A stretch of DNA of 64,000 bases from Candidatus Nomurabacteria bacterium (GCA_020632375.1 JACKFR010000004.1:1921-65920), one strand, 5' to 3'. Counted from the first letter of the stretch, positions 47,795 to 58,929 are shown. Notes: generated by a model from the sequence alone, not told the origin. Made by a program: numbers and translations.

Positions 47795-48991
47795 ATGAGA
47801 CGCCTGATTCATTACTTTTTTTGCATTCTGGTAAGTTCAGCTGTATTTGCTGTGTGTGTAAATTCGCATGTTTATGCAAAAAGCTCCGCTGAGCTTTATT
47901 TGGGAAAAGTTGTCTCAATGGCTGATTCTACAGTTGAAATTATCACAAATATATCTACCGATAAGCAACTTAACGGTTATGACGTTGAAGTCTCGTTTGA
48001 CCATGAGTTAATACTTGACAGCTACCAGGCAGAAAACTCTTGCGATGGTCAAATACAAGTTGCTCAAACCAGAAAAGATACTGTCACAATTCTTTGTTTA
48101 CTTACGCCCGGTCGGGTCTTCACTGGTAATGATAGTGTAAATCTCACTTTTGTGGCTCCGGAAAACTCTGAAACTGTTCTTTTCTCCGTGGTTAAAGCTG
48201 ATATGACTGATGACGATGGAGTCTCTACAAGAGACCTTACTGTTGATTTTAAGCCAAGCAATGTTCAGTTTGAAGCTCCATTGTCTGTTAATCATGATTT
48301 TTCCACGCCGATTTTAGTAATTGCTGGAATAATTGTTTTGCTTGCTGGGGGGAGTTACATATACCGTTTTACTAAACAGAGAGCTCCAACTCAGATGAGA
48401 ATGTTCGATTTTATCGGAGTTCTCTCTTTGACATTTGCTATTGCAGCGACAGTTCTTGTTGTCGGTAGCGATAATTTCGATTTGAGAGAAAAAGCTGCAA
48501 CCCCGGAAGTAGGAATTACCGCTGAAAATGGAAATCTAAAGCTGCAAGATCGGCCTCTTAAAGAAGAATGGATCCAATGTAAAAAGGATTCAGACTGTAT
48601 AAACGTTTCTACTGGATGTTGTTTATGCGCCTCGTCCAAGTTGGCAATTAATCGAAAATATCTTGAAGAATTTAATATCCAATACGATTGCAATGATAAT
48701 ATTCGCTGCACTCAGGCTTATTGTGAACCAAGTGTATCTTACTGTTACAATAATTTCTGTACACTTGCCGAAGCTGGTACTAAAAAATGTTCCAACAGTA
48801 ATCTAGATCCTGACCTTAACTCGGATGGTAAAGTCTCAATTAGTGATTATAATATTTTTTTGGTTAGATATCTTGACTATCGATTCAGTGGAAAGTTCGA
48901 TGCAATTGCAGATCTGAATTGTGACGGAATCCTTTCTTTGAAAGATTATAATACTTTTGTTTTAAATTATCTTAAATTACGTAAAAGATAA
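47795..48991 (+). CDS. Surface protein with a signal peptide, a cohesin-like beta domain (weak call), two TM segments, a 12-Cys module and a C-terminal type-I-dockerin-like pair of Ca-binding repeats
   Basis: Both DLNSDGKVSISDYNIFLVRYL and DLNCDGILSLKDYNTFVLNYL fit D-x-N-x-D-G-x(5)-D-Y. The Cys-rich stretch runs from CKKDSDC to KKCS. The N-terminal segment NGYDVEVSFDHELIL is cohesin-like. Confidence 0.6.
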   Translation: MRRLIHYFFCILVSSAVFAVCVNSHVYAKSSAELYLGKVVSMADSTVEIITNISTDKQLNGYDVEVSFDHELILDSYQAENSCDGQIQVAQTRKDTVTILCLLTPGRVFTGNDSVNLTFVAPENSETVLFSVVKADMTDDDGVSTRDLTVDFKPSNVQFEAPLSVNHDFSTPILVIAGIIVLLAGGSYIYRFTKQRAPTQMRMFDFIGVLSLTFAIAATVLVVGSDNFDLREKAATPEVGITAENGNLKLQDRPLKEEWIQCKKDSDCINVSTGCCLCASSKLAINRKYLEEFNIQYDCNDNIRCTQAYCEPSVSYCYNNFCTLAEAGTKKCSNSNLDPDLNSDGKVSISDYNIFLVRYLDYRFSGKFDAIADLNCDGILSLKDYNTFVLNYLKLRKR

Positions 48992-48993
48992 TT

Positions 48994-49659
48994 TTGACAA
49001 GGAATGATCTCTCTAAAAGAAAAAAACTCGGCTGTCAAAGAGCGTTTATACTTGTCTTGAGTCCATTTATTGTTCTCTTTGTAGCGTTTGTTACTGCTTT
49101 TTTACTCGCTCGCAGTTCATATCTATCCTGGGAGAGAGATTTTGAATCAGAGATAGACCGTACTAACGAGGTAATTCCGCCTCAAGATGATAAAGATACG
49201 TTACAGTCAATTGAAGAGAAAGTGAGGCAGTATTCTTTAAGCCAAGAAAAGATCGATTTTGTAATATTTACCCCAAAAGAGTTTTTGTACATGATAAGTA
49301 CTGGTATTGAAGAGGCACTGCCAAATGGGGTTTTGCTTAAAAAGTCTTATATTATTTGCCAAGAAGCTAGGGCAAACGTCTATTTCAAAATGTCTTTCAA
49401 TGGAATAGACCTTCCGTGGTTTGGGTTTACGATTAGAAAAGATAGTATTGAGACTGCAGAAATATTTATCGAAAAGGCTTATATTGGCAATTGGGATCTA
49501 GATGCAATCGGTCTCGGAAGATTTTCAGACGAGGTTAACGATGGGTACAGAGACGCATTGATCTTTGTTAATGAGAACCAAATCACTGTGAGAAATTTTC
49601 AGAATATAGAAATCGAAAAACAGGCGGTAATCTTCAAAGGAGAACTGGTCGGGAAATAA
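48994..49659 (+). CDS. Hypothetical single-pass membrane protein (221 aa)
   Basis: TM segment AFILVLSPFIVLFVAFVTAFLL. TTG start, which is uncertain. I recognise no domain. Confidence 0.5.
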   Translation: MTRNDLSKRKKLGCQRAFILVLSPFIVLFVAFVTAFLLARSSYLSWERDFESEIDRTNEVIPPQDDKDTLQSIEEKVRQYSLSQEKIDFVIFTPKEFLYMISTGIEEALPNGVLLKKSYIICQEARANVYFKMSFNGIDLPWFGFTIRKDSIETAEIFIEKAYIGNWDLDAIGLGRFSDEVNDGYRDALIFVNENQITVRNFQNIEIEKQAVIFKGELVGK

Positions 49660-49662
49660 CCC

Positions 49663-49721
49663 TTGACATAAAAAACTCATTTGAATTAAAATCATTAGCA
49701 GCCGCAACTCAGGATTGCTAA
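49663..49721 (+). promoter_or_regulatory. groES promoter (TTGACA-N18-TAAAAT) followed by a degenerate CIRCE operator
   Basis: TTGACA at 49663-49668 and TAAAAT at 49687-49692. TTAGCAGCC-GCAACTCAG-GATTGCTAA at 49695-49721. Confidence 0.6.
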
Positions 49722-49767
49722 GAGATGATGCGGCGCAACCGCTAAATAATTTAATTCTATTAATTCT

Positions 49768-50061
49768 ATGGCTAAAAGTGATATCAAAATTCAGCCACTA
49801 GGTAAAAGGGTTGTAATAAAGGCAGAAGAAGCCGAAGGGACTACAAAAGGTGGTCTAATAATTCCTCCAACTGCTCAAGAAGACCAGAAGCCTGAAGTTG
49901 GTCTTGTAGTAAGACTTGGAACAGGAGAAAAAGACTTTACTTTTTCAGTTAAAGTAGGAGATCGTATATTTTTTAGAAAGTATTCTCCAGATAAAATGGA
50001 GATAGACGGAGAGCCTTACTTTATTATTTCGGAAGAAGATATTCTTGCAATTATTAGCTAG
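49768..50061 (+). CDS. groES: Co-chaperonin GroES
   Basis: IQPLGKRVVIKAEEAEGTTKGGLIIP… and its position upstream of groEL. Confidence 0.95.
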   Translation: MAKSDIKIQPLGKRVVIKAEEAEGTTKGGLIIPPTAQEDQKPEVGLVVRLGTGEKDFTFSVKVGDRIFFRKYSPDKMEIDGEPYFIISEEDILAIIS

Positions 50062-50064
50062 TAA

Positions 50065-51708
<1,644 letters not shown>

Positions 51709-51734
51709 TCCCTTTTATTTGGGAGGCATTGAAA

Positions 51735-51758
51735 GGGGGAGCGTGGCTCTCCCTTTTT
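51735..51758. terminator. Rho-independent terminator after groEL, overlapping the stop codon of the convergent repressor gene
   Basis: GGGGGAGC (51735-42), loop GTG, GCTCTCCC (51746-53), then TTTTT. The stem has one G-U pair. Confidence 0.6.
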
Positions 51759-52311
51759 ATTTGAATCGAAGTTCCTGAGCCAGGACAACCCCGGCTATTT
51801 TTGCTTCCTGAGGGATTCTTGGGAGTATATCTATACATGCTTTGCCCGAATCTAGATAGAGAACCATGTCTTCTGTACTAGGTTCTGAAGATGGTGAAAT
51901 ATAAATTGGGCCAAAGTCCTTGAGCTGGATTGTGTTTATCTGTATTGCGGAAGCTTCGATTAAGAATACATCTGGATCTATCTGAGTTACCCAGTCTGGA
52001 GCAGAGTAGTAGTAATGTTTAGGTGCCTTCATAAAGTCATTTCCTTCTGGCACCGAAGAAAAGATAGGTATTTTGCTTGCACCAGTATCTTTTAGAAAGT
52101 TTGTTTTGTAAGGCTTTTGTAACAATTCAAGTGGGTCAACGTTTAACGCTTTAGATATGGGATCAATTCTACCCAGAGGTGAGCTCACTCCTCTTTCGTA
52201 TCTAGAAATCATCTCCCAAGACACTCCAACGAGTCTCCCAAGCTCTTGTTGGGTAAGCGACATTTTTCGCCTGTATATTCGGATATTTTCTCCTATTAAC
52301 TTTGAGTTCAT
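51757..52311 (-). CDS. XRE-family HTH regulator with a LexA/CI-like (S24-like) C-terminal domain; the catalytic dyad is not evident
   Basis: HTH IRIYRRKMSLTQQELGRLVGVSWEMISRYERG. The C-terminus IPIFSSVPEGNDF…FLIEASAIQ…GKACIDIL…IAGVVLAQ follows the LexA C-domain layout, but I cannot find a G-x-S-M serine motif. Confidence 0.7.
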   Translation of the reverse strand: MNSKLIGENIRIYRRKMSLTQQELGRLVGVSWEMISRYERGVSSPLGRIDPISKALNVDPLELLQKPYKTNFLKDTGASKIPIFSSVPEGNDFMKAPKHYYYSAPDWVTQIDPDVFLIEASAIQINTIQLKDFGPIYISPSSEPSTEDMVLYLDSGKACIDILPRIPQEAKIAGVVLAQELRFK

Positions 52312-52456
52312 ATATCTGAAATCGTAATTGGATACTTATCTATCGAATATAGAGTCAGGGTTTGTATCTATGCAATAAGACTTCCTATTATTTATTCTGT
52401 TTGAGTGACCCCGAGGTATTAAAATCGATAGCAAAATAAATTAATCGAATAACTAT

Positions 52457-52663
52457 ATGAATCGGAACTTCTTGCCAGACCCTAAGAGTAACTCTTATGA
52501 GATAGGTGTTCTCCTTGGAGATATTGTAGAATATTTACATAATTTTTACCAAAAGCTTACGACTGACCTCTTTGTAAATGAGAATGAGTTGGGAGAGATG
52601 GTTAAGAGCCTGGACACATGTGTCGAGAAGATCATCCAGATTAAGGAAATGCTCGTGAAGTAG
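52457..52663 (+). CDS. Hypothetical small helical protein (68 aa), divergent from the XRE/S24-like regulator
   Basis: ORF only. I see no HTH, signal peptide or double-glycine leader. Confidence 0.4.
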   Translation: MNRNFLPDPKSNSYEIGVLLGDIVEYLHNFYQKLTTDLFVNENELGEMVKSLDTCVEKIIQIKEMLVK

Positions 52664-52750
52664 CTGCTAAATACTATTAACAAGGCAATAGTCTATTGAA
52701 TAGTGTTGATATTCGTACTGAATCATATGCTCCTATGATATTATTTCTCT

Positions 52751-54568
52751 ATGGCTTCTGAAAATTTTTTAAAAACAAAGCAAACAGTACAGACTTTAGT
52801 GCGCTCTTTGAAGTATGTTTATGAACTAGATAAAGGGGCTTTCGTTGTCAGAAACATTGTGTTAACAATTATTACATTTTCAGAAATCTTTTTAATTGAT
52901 GTTGTTGGTAAGTTTATTGATTCAACTGCAGAAATTCTGACCAGTTGGAGTACGTTTACATTTAGAGGCTATTTTGTTTCAGAGTCTTTTAGATGGTTGG
53001 CAGTTAGTCTTGTTGTTTGGATTGTTATAAAGGGTGCAACAAATATTGGAGACTTTATGTCTCGGAGAATCTCCTACGCTATCGATATTGATTCGTTTTC
53101 GTCTGTGATTAAAAAAATAGGCAGCGAAAACATGCAAGAAGTTGAGCAGAGGAGATTTCAGGATTTACTAACATTTGTTCCTACATACTCTATAACCAGG
53201 ATATATCAGGCATATGACACTTTTGTGCAGGTTGTAAGGCAGCTTGTAAAGTTTGTTATGTCGATGGTGATTCTTTATCAAGCAGCAGGAATTTCAGTTC
53301 TATTTATCTTCTTGATAAGTATAGCAGAACCTGTGGCACAATATCTCGGCGAGAAGAAGATACTGAAATATAGGAAAAACAATGTTGAAAAACTTAAATA
53401 TGTAGACTACCAGTTTGCGACAGCAATAACGGTTTCTAATTTCGCAGAACTGAGGGTTGATGGGATTTTTGGACATCTAAGAGATAATTATGTGAAAAGA
53501 TACGCACAATTTATTAAATCCTTAATAAATATGCTGAAACACTACTATATAGATGGAGCATTCTTTGCAGTGATCGGCCAAGTGCTGCTTAATCTGTACA
53601 ATGTGTTTCTTCTATATAAATCTTTTATTGAGAAAATCACAATTGGTGAGTTTACGGCTTTGTATAATTACGCTTCCGTTGCCTACGATAGCTCGTATAA
53701 TATGATCAGCAGCTCTTTCAAGCTTTTAGATCATATATCTTATGTAGACGAATTTTTCAGCCTTTTGGATTATGAAGGTTTTGGAGATGTAGATAGCGGA
53801 ATTAAGAGGCTGAAAAAAGGGGCACCTCGACTTGAGCTTTTAAAACTAGATTTTGCTTTCCAAGACGATCCTGACACAAAAGTTTTAGAAGATGTAACTC
53901 TTTCAATTAAGCCAGGAGAGAAAATCGCACTTGTCGGAGGCGATGGCTCCGGAAAATCTACCTTAGCTAAAATTTTATGTGGTTTATACCAGATTCAATC
54001 TGGTGACTATATTATTGACAATTATTCAATTAGAGAAATTGAAAGGGGGCAGTTAAAGCAGAAGCTATCTGTAGTGCTTCAGGATTTTGTTAGATATAAT
54101 TTCTCGATTCAAGAAAATATTTCACTCTCCGCCGAAAAAAAGGCTCTTAATAAAGACCTGTACAATGAGGTAAAAAAGATTACAGGTGTAGATAAGTTTA
54201 TGAAGAAAGAAAACCTGACAGATAGTCAGAAGCTTGGAAAACATTTTTCAGACGGAATTGGGATATCACCTGGTTACTGGCAAAGAATTGCGATTGCAAG
54301 AATGCTTTATCGTAACAGGCAAGTTTTTATAATGGACGAACCTTTTACATATATTGATGGACCATCTAGAGCTGATATCTTGGACAGAGTAATCGATTTT
54401 ATTGGTGAAGAGAGGACTCTTATCTATATTAGCCAAAACACTGATCATTTAAAGAAATTCGACAGAGTATATTATCTGCATAATGGAAAAGTTGTTGAAG
54501 AAGGCACATACCGTGAATTAATAAAAAAACATGGTGAATTTTATAAAGAAACGAAAGCGAATCAGTGA
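52751..54568 (+). CDS. Fused ABC exporter (transmembrane domain plus ATPase)
   Basis: Walker A GGDGSGKST, an atypical signature ISPGYWQRIAIARML, Walker B VFIMDEP, and an N-terminal 6-TM exporter-type domain. Confidence 0.85.
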   Translation: MASENFLKTKQTVQTLVRSLKYVYELDKGAFVVRNIVLTIITFSEIFLIDVVGKFIDSTAEILTSWSTFTFRGYFVSESFRWLAVSLVVWIVIKGATNIGDFMSRRISYAIDIDSFSSVIKKIGSENMQEVEQRRFQDLLTFVPTYSITRIYQAYDTFVQVVRQLVKFVMSMVILYQAAGISVLFIFLISIAEPVAQYLGEKKILKYRKNNVEKLKYVDYQFATAITVSNFAELRVDGIFGHLRDNYVKRYAQFIKSLINMLKHYYIDGAFFAVIGQVLLNLYNVFLLYKSFIEKITIGEFTALYNYASVAYDSSYNMISSSFKLLDHISYVDEFFSLLDYEGFGDVDSGIKRLKKGAPRLELLKLDFAFQDDPDTKVLEDVTLSIKPGEKIALVGGDGSGKSTLAKILCGLYQIQSGDYIIDNYSIREIERGQLKQKLSVVLQDFVRYNFSIQENISLSAEKKALNKDLYNEVKKITGVDKFMKKENLTDSQKLGKHFSDGIGISPGYWQRIAIARMLYRNRQVFIMDEPFTYIDGPSRADILDRVIDFIGEERTLIYISQNTDHLKKFDRVYYLHNGKVVEEGTYRELIKKHGEFYKETKANQ

Positions 54569-55143
54569 GAATACTACTCTCGGTTTTGATAATGGCAGTA
54601 GGCTATTCTATCGCGATCTATACAATTGCGCGAGTTTTTATAACAGCATTTTCTTTTAGATCAAGGGTTCCATTTGTTCCCTCGTCACGTGCAAGTGTGA
54701 TTGAAATTGCAAAGCTTCTTTCTATAAAGGCAGGAGACAATGTTATAGATATCGGTTCCGGAAGCGGAACTTTGGTTTGTGCTCTTGCAAGAGCTTTTCC
54801 AAAGGGAGGATTTACTGGAATAGAAATAAACCGGATGCTCATTTTAATCGCTACAATCAGGAAATCAATTTTACGTCTTGGTAATGTTGAATTTGTTGCG
54901 GAGAATGCTTTCAATTATGACTTTAGCAGATTTAACAAGGTGTGCATGTATATGACATCGGATTTTAATGACAAGATAATGACTTTTTTAGAAAAACAGC
55001 TGCCAATTGATGCGATAGTGGTTTCGAGCGTCTTCGACTTTGGTAAAAATTTCATGGAAATACACGAATCTGAAATTTCGGTTTATAATATTGTCAGTTC
55101 AAAAAACAGTAAAAAACTTTACCTTTGGATTAAAAAACAGTGA
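54565..55143 (+). CDS. Membrane-anchored class I SAM-dependent methyltransferase
   Basis: N-terminal TM segment, motif I VIDIGSGSGTL, and a GTG start overlapping the ABC stop (GTGA). Confidence 0.7.
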   Translation: MRILLSVLIMAVGYSIAIYTIARVFITAFSFRSRVPFVPSSRASVIEIAKLLSIKAGDNVIDIGSGSGTLVCALARAFPKGGFTGIEINRMLILIATIRKSILRLGNVEFVAENAFNYDFSRFNKVCMYMTSDFNDKIMTFLEKQLPIDAIVVSSVFDFGKNFMEIHESEISVYNIVSSKNSKKLYLWIKKQ

Positions 55144-55988
55144 AAATTCTAGATGGAAAAACCCTTTCGGAAAAGATCTTGAAGCAGATCTCTGAAACTG
55201 TACAGTCAATCAGTGCAAGACCGCCCCGTCTTGATATGATAATTGTCGGAAACGATTTCGCAAGTGAAAAATATGTCATGATGAAAGAAAAGAAAGCAAA
55301 AGAAGTTGGCTTTGACGGAGCTATTCACCGACTAGCTCGAGACTGTGCAGAAAGTGAAATTCTCCAGAAGATTTCGGAGCTTAACAGTTATGACCTCGTT
55401 GACGGATTTATGGTTCAGCTTCCTATACCTGGGAATCACGATAGTAGAAAGCTTATCGATACTATTTCTGTAGAGAAAGATGTCGATGGACTGACAAGTA
55501 CAAGCTTAGGACGTGTTTTCAAAGGCCAAGAAGGTTTTGCTCCAGCTACAGCCGTCGGAGTTATGAAATTATTTGCGGAATATGAAATCGGTATTAAAGG
55601 AGCAAGAGTCGTTATCATAGGTGCTAGCGATATTATCGGGCTACCACTTCTCGGATTAATGCAGTTACAAGGAGCGACTGTCACTATTGCAAATGAGTTT
55701 ACGAAGGATCTTTCAGAGATCACAAGTCAAGCTGATATCGTTGTATCAGCCGTGGGACAACCAAAATTAATTAAATCTAAATATATTAAACTAGGTGCCG
55801 TGGTAATTGATGTCGGTATCTCGAAAGACCCTTTGACAGGAAAACTTTCTGGAGATGTTGATTTTGAGGATGTGTCTAATGTGGCTGCTTATATAACACC
55901 TGTCCCCGGTGGAGTAGGGCCAATGACTGTAGCTTGCTTACTAGAAAACACTCTTTCCGCATGGAAATTAAAAACACAAGTGTCTTAG
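55140..55988 (+). CDS. folD: Bifunctional methylenetetrahydrofolate dehydrogenase/cyclohydrolase
   Basis: ILDGK…, VQLPIP, VIIGASDIIGLPL, and ITPVPGGVGPMTVA. The GTG start overlaps the previous stop (GTGA). Confidence 0.95.
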   Translation: MKILDGKTLSEKILKQISETVQSISARPPRLDMIIVGNDFASEKYVMMKEKKAKEVGFDGAIHRLARDCAESEILQKISELNSYDLVDGFMVQLPIPGNHDSRKLIDTISVEKDVDGLTSTSLGRVFKGQEGFAPATAVGVMKLFAEYEIGIKGARVVIIGASDIIGLPLLGLMQLQGATVTIANEFTKDLSEITSQADIVVSAVGQPKLIKSKYIKLGAVVIDVGISKDPLTGKLSGDVDFEDVSNVAAYITPVPGGVGPMTVACLLENTLSAWKLKTQVS

Positions 55989-56045
55989 TACTCACATAAA
56001 AGCTGTTTTAGTAGTATAATCGCAAACAAATTTATATTCAGGAGT

Positions 56046-57299
56046 ATGAACCAAATTCAAGAGATAATTAAAAAAGAGGAGCAGAGGATTCGTGAGCAGC
56101 TTCTTATGATCCCTTCAGAAAATTATGTAAGTAAAGCTGTTTTACAGGCACTTGGTTCTGTTGTAATAAACAAGTATTCAGAAGGGCAAGTTGGCAAGCG
56201 CTATTATCAGGGTAATAAAAATATTGATGAAATTGAGCAGCTGGCAAAAGACCGTGCGTTAGAGTTATTTGGGCTGGATCCAAACGAATGGGGTGTAAAT
56301 GTACAAGCTGTAACGGGTAGTATTGCTAATCTTGCAGTTTACTCTGCAATGCTTGAAATCGGCGATCCTATACTTTCAATGTTTTTATATGATGGGGGAC
56401 ATCTTTCACACGGATGGCAGCTTCCTGACGGGAAAAAGATAAGTTTTACATCAAAAATCTTCAAGCCGAACTATTATTATGTTGATCTGGAGACTGAGGT
56501 TTTTGATTACGATAAAGTCGAGCAACGCGCTCATGAAGTAAAACCAAAGATTATAATTTCGGGTGGTACGGCTTATCCGAGAGACCTCGACCATAGTCGC
56601 TTAAAAGAGATCGCACAATCAGTTGGTGCTTACTATATGGCAGATATTGCACATGAAGCTGGTCTGGTTGCTTCAGGACTGCTGAATAGCCCATTTGAAT
56701 CAGCAGATGTTGTTACTATGACTACAAGAAAAACGCTGCGAGGACCAATCGGGACAATAATTCTCTCAAGAAAGCAGTTCTCAGAAGAAATTGACCGTGC
56801 AGTTATGCCTGGATTACAAGGTGGACCCATGAATAATAATATTGCCGCTATTGCAGTTGCTCTCAGAGAGGCTATGACAGATGATTTTAAAGAGTATTCT
56901 CGCAACACCATTCTGAATGCAAAGACTCTTGCAGAAGAGCTTGTGAAACTCGACATCAGAGTTGTTTCTGGAGGTACTGATAAACACCTTCTGTTAATTG
57001 ACTTAAAAGAAAACCGATTTAGCGGTAAAGAAGTTGCAATTGCCTTAGAGAAAGCCAATATTATAACAAATAAAAATACTATACCTGGAGAGACTTCTAC
57101 CCCTTGGAATCCATCTGGGATAAGGCTTGGCACTCCAGCAATTACAAGCAGGGGGATAAAAGTAGAGAATATGCCTCAAATTGCATCTTGGATTTCTCAA
57201 ATAATTAAAAGTGTCGAGGATGAATCACAGCTTATGCAGATTGCCGATGAAGTCAGATCATTCGCAACAGATTTCCCAGTCCCGGGAGTTGATGACTAA
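56046..57299 (+). CDS. glyA: Serine hydroxymethyltransferase
   Basis: LMIPSENYVSKAVLQALGS, YSEGQVGKRYYQG, and the PLP-lysine context TTRKTLRGP. An AGGAG Shine-Dalgarno sequence lies at 56040-44. Confidence 0.95.
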   Translation: MNQIQEIIKKEEQRIREQLLMIPSENYVSKAVLQALGSVVINKYSEGQVGKRYYQGNKNIDEIEQLAKDRALELFGLDPNEWGVNVQAVTGSIANLAVYSAMLEIGDPILSMFLYDGGHLSHGWQLPDGKKISFTSKIFKPNYYYVDLETEVFDYDKVEQRAHEVKPKIIISGGTAYPRDLDHSRLKEIAQSVGAYYMADIAHEAGLVASGLLNSPFESADVVTMTTRKTLRGPIGTIILSRKQFSEEIDRAVMPGLQGGPMNNNIAAIAVALREAMTDDFKEYSRNTILNAKTLAEELVKLDIRVVSGGTDKHLLLIDLKENRFSGKEVAIALEKANIITNKNTIPGETSTPWNPSGIRLGTPAITSRGIKVENMPQIASWISQIIKSVEDESQLMQIADEVRSFATDFPVPGVDD

Positions 57300-57316
57300 G
57301 TTATAATAACCGGAAA

Positions 57317-58549
57317 ATGGGCTTAGAAGAGATCAGAAAACAGTTCCCTATACTAACCCGTCAAGTAAATGGCAAGCAGCTAGTTTATCTGGATAATGCT
57401 GCAACCACACAAAAACCGGAAGCTGTGATTAATGCTATCTCAGAGTTTTACTTGCAGTCAAACTCGAATGTTCATAGAGGGTTTCATACTCTTTCAGAAG
57501 AAGCTACGCAGCAGTATACAGCAGCACATGAAAAAGTCGCTAAATTTACAAACGCAACAGGGATAGAAGAGATTGTCTTCACTCGCAATGCGACTGAAGC
57601 GATAAATCTTGTGGCTCAGACAGTTGGTCGGCAGCTTCTTGTTTCCGGAGATGTCGTTGTTCTGACAGAAATGGAACATCATAGCAATATTGTCCCATGG
57701 CAACTTCTTGCAAAAGAAAAAGGTATTACCATTGAGTGGATCGGAGTTAAAGATGATTTCCAATTGGACGAAGAAAACTTGAGATTTATTCTTGGGCGAT
57801 ATGGAGACCGAGTAAAACTTCTCTCTGTGGTTGACGTGTCGAATGTTCTAGGTGTTCGGAATAATGTGAAACAGCTTATATCAATTGCTAAACAAGCAGG
57901 TGCTGCTACACTGGTTGACTGTGCTCAGAGTGTTTCACGATTTAAGATTGACGTGAAAGAGTGGGGGTGTGATTTTCTTGTTTTCTCTGGGCATAAGCTT
58001 TTTGGTCCTACTGGAACAGGCGTTTTGTATGCACGAAAACAATGGCTAGAGAAATTAGAACCTTGGATGGGCGGAGGAGAAATGGTTGTTTCTGTCAATA
58101 AAGCCTCTGCGATATGGGCAGACTCTCCTTGGAAATTTGAGGCTGGTACTCCGAATATTGCTGGGGGTATCGGTCTTGGAGCTGCTATCGATTGGGTTGA
58201 TAGAAATATCGACTTCTCTGAGCATGCTGTAAATGAAAAAGACCTCATAGATATAGCTTTGAAAGGTCTTAGTCAGATTTCGGGTATCTCTATTTTGGGG
58301 CCAACCGATAGCACAGAGAGATTTGGAGTCGTTGCTTTTTCTGTCGACAAGGTCCATCCTCATGATATTGCATCTTTTCTTGACGAAGATGGAATCGCTA
58401 TAAGAGCGGGTTACCACTGTGCAGAGCCAGTTCACAAACGCTTTGGTTTCGGTTCAACCGCAAGAATCAGCTTCGCACTATATAATACTAAACAAGAGGT
58501 TGAGGCTTTTCTAGATAGTCTCTCGAGATGTATTAAAAAATTTAGATAA
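57317..58549 (+). CDS. sufS: Cysteine desulfurase (SufS/CsdA group II)
   Basis: YLDNAATTQKP, FSGHKLFGPTGTGVLY (PLP lysine), and RAGYHCAEP (catalytic Cys). Confidence 0.9.
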   Translation: MGLEEIRKQFPILTRQVNGKQLVYLDNAATTQKPEAVINAISEFYLQSNSNVHRGFHTLSEEATQQYTAAHEKVAKFTNATGIEEIVFTRNATEAINLVAQTVGRQLLVSGDVVVLTEMEHHSNIVPWQLLAKEKGITIEWIGVKDDFQLDEENLRFILGRYGDRVKLLSVVDVSNVLGVRNNVKQLISIAKQAGAATLVDCAQSVSRFKIDVKEWGCDFLVFSGHKLFGPTGTGVLYARKQWLEKLEPWMGGGEMVVSVNKASAIWADSPWKFEAGTPNIAGGIGLGAAIDWVDRNIDFSEHAVNEKDLIDIALKGLSQISGISILGPTDSTERFGVVAFSVDKVHPHDIASFLDEDGIAIRAGYHCAEPVHKRFGFGSTARISFALYNTKQEVEAFLDSLSRCIKKFR

Positions 58550-58912
58550 ATGGACACTTTGTATAAGGCCAGAATCATTGATCATTATAAGTCTCCCAGA
58601 AACTACGGGGAACTGGATGATTTAGATCATAAATCTCTACAGAAGAATCTTTCTTGTGGCGATGAAATAGAGGTTTTTCTCAAGGTCAAGGATGATCTTA
58701 TATCTGATATTAAGTTTACAGGCAGAGGTTGTGCGATAAGTATAGCTGCGATGTCGTTGTTGAGTGAGAAGCTTAAAGGATTGAGCTTATCCGAAGCAAG
58801 AGACATTTCTGAAAATGACATATTAGAATCCGTTGGCATAAAACATGGTAGCGCAAGAAGTAAATGCGCTCTATTAGGGTTTAAGGCTGTCAGTGAAGCT
58901 TTAAACTCCTAA
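58550..58912 (+). CDS. sufU: SufU/IscU-type Fe-S cluster scaffold or sulfur-acceptor protein
   Basis: NLSCGDEIEVFL, GRGCAISIAAMS, SKCALLG. The ATG directly abuts the sufS stop. Confidence 0.85.
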   Translation: MDTLYKARIIDHYKSPRNYGELDDLDHKSLQKNLSCGDEIEVFLKVKDDLISDIKFTGRGCAISIAAMSLLSEKLKGLSLSEARDISENDILESVGIKHGSARSKCALLGFKAVSEALNS

Positions 58913-58929
58913 ATCGGGTATAATTAAAG

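Noticed and set aside
52457-54568. The 68-aa ORF plus the ABC exporter as a bacteriocin/RiPP precursor-export pair.
   Set aside because: The small protein has no double-glycine or other leader, no Cys/Ser/Thr-rich core and looks like a soluble helical protein. The ABC protein lacks an N-terminal C39 peptidase domain.
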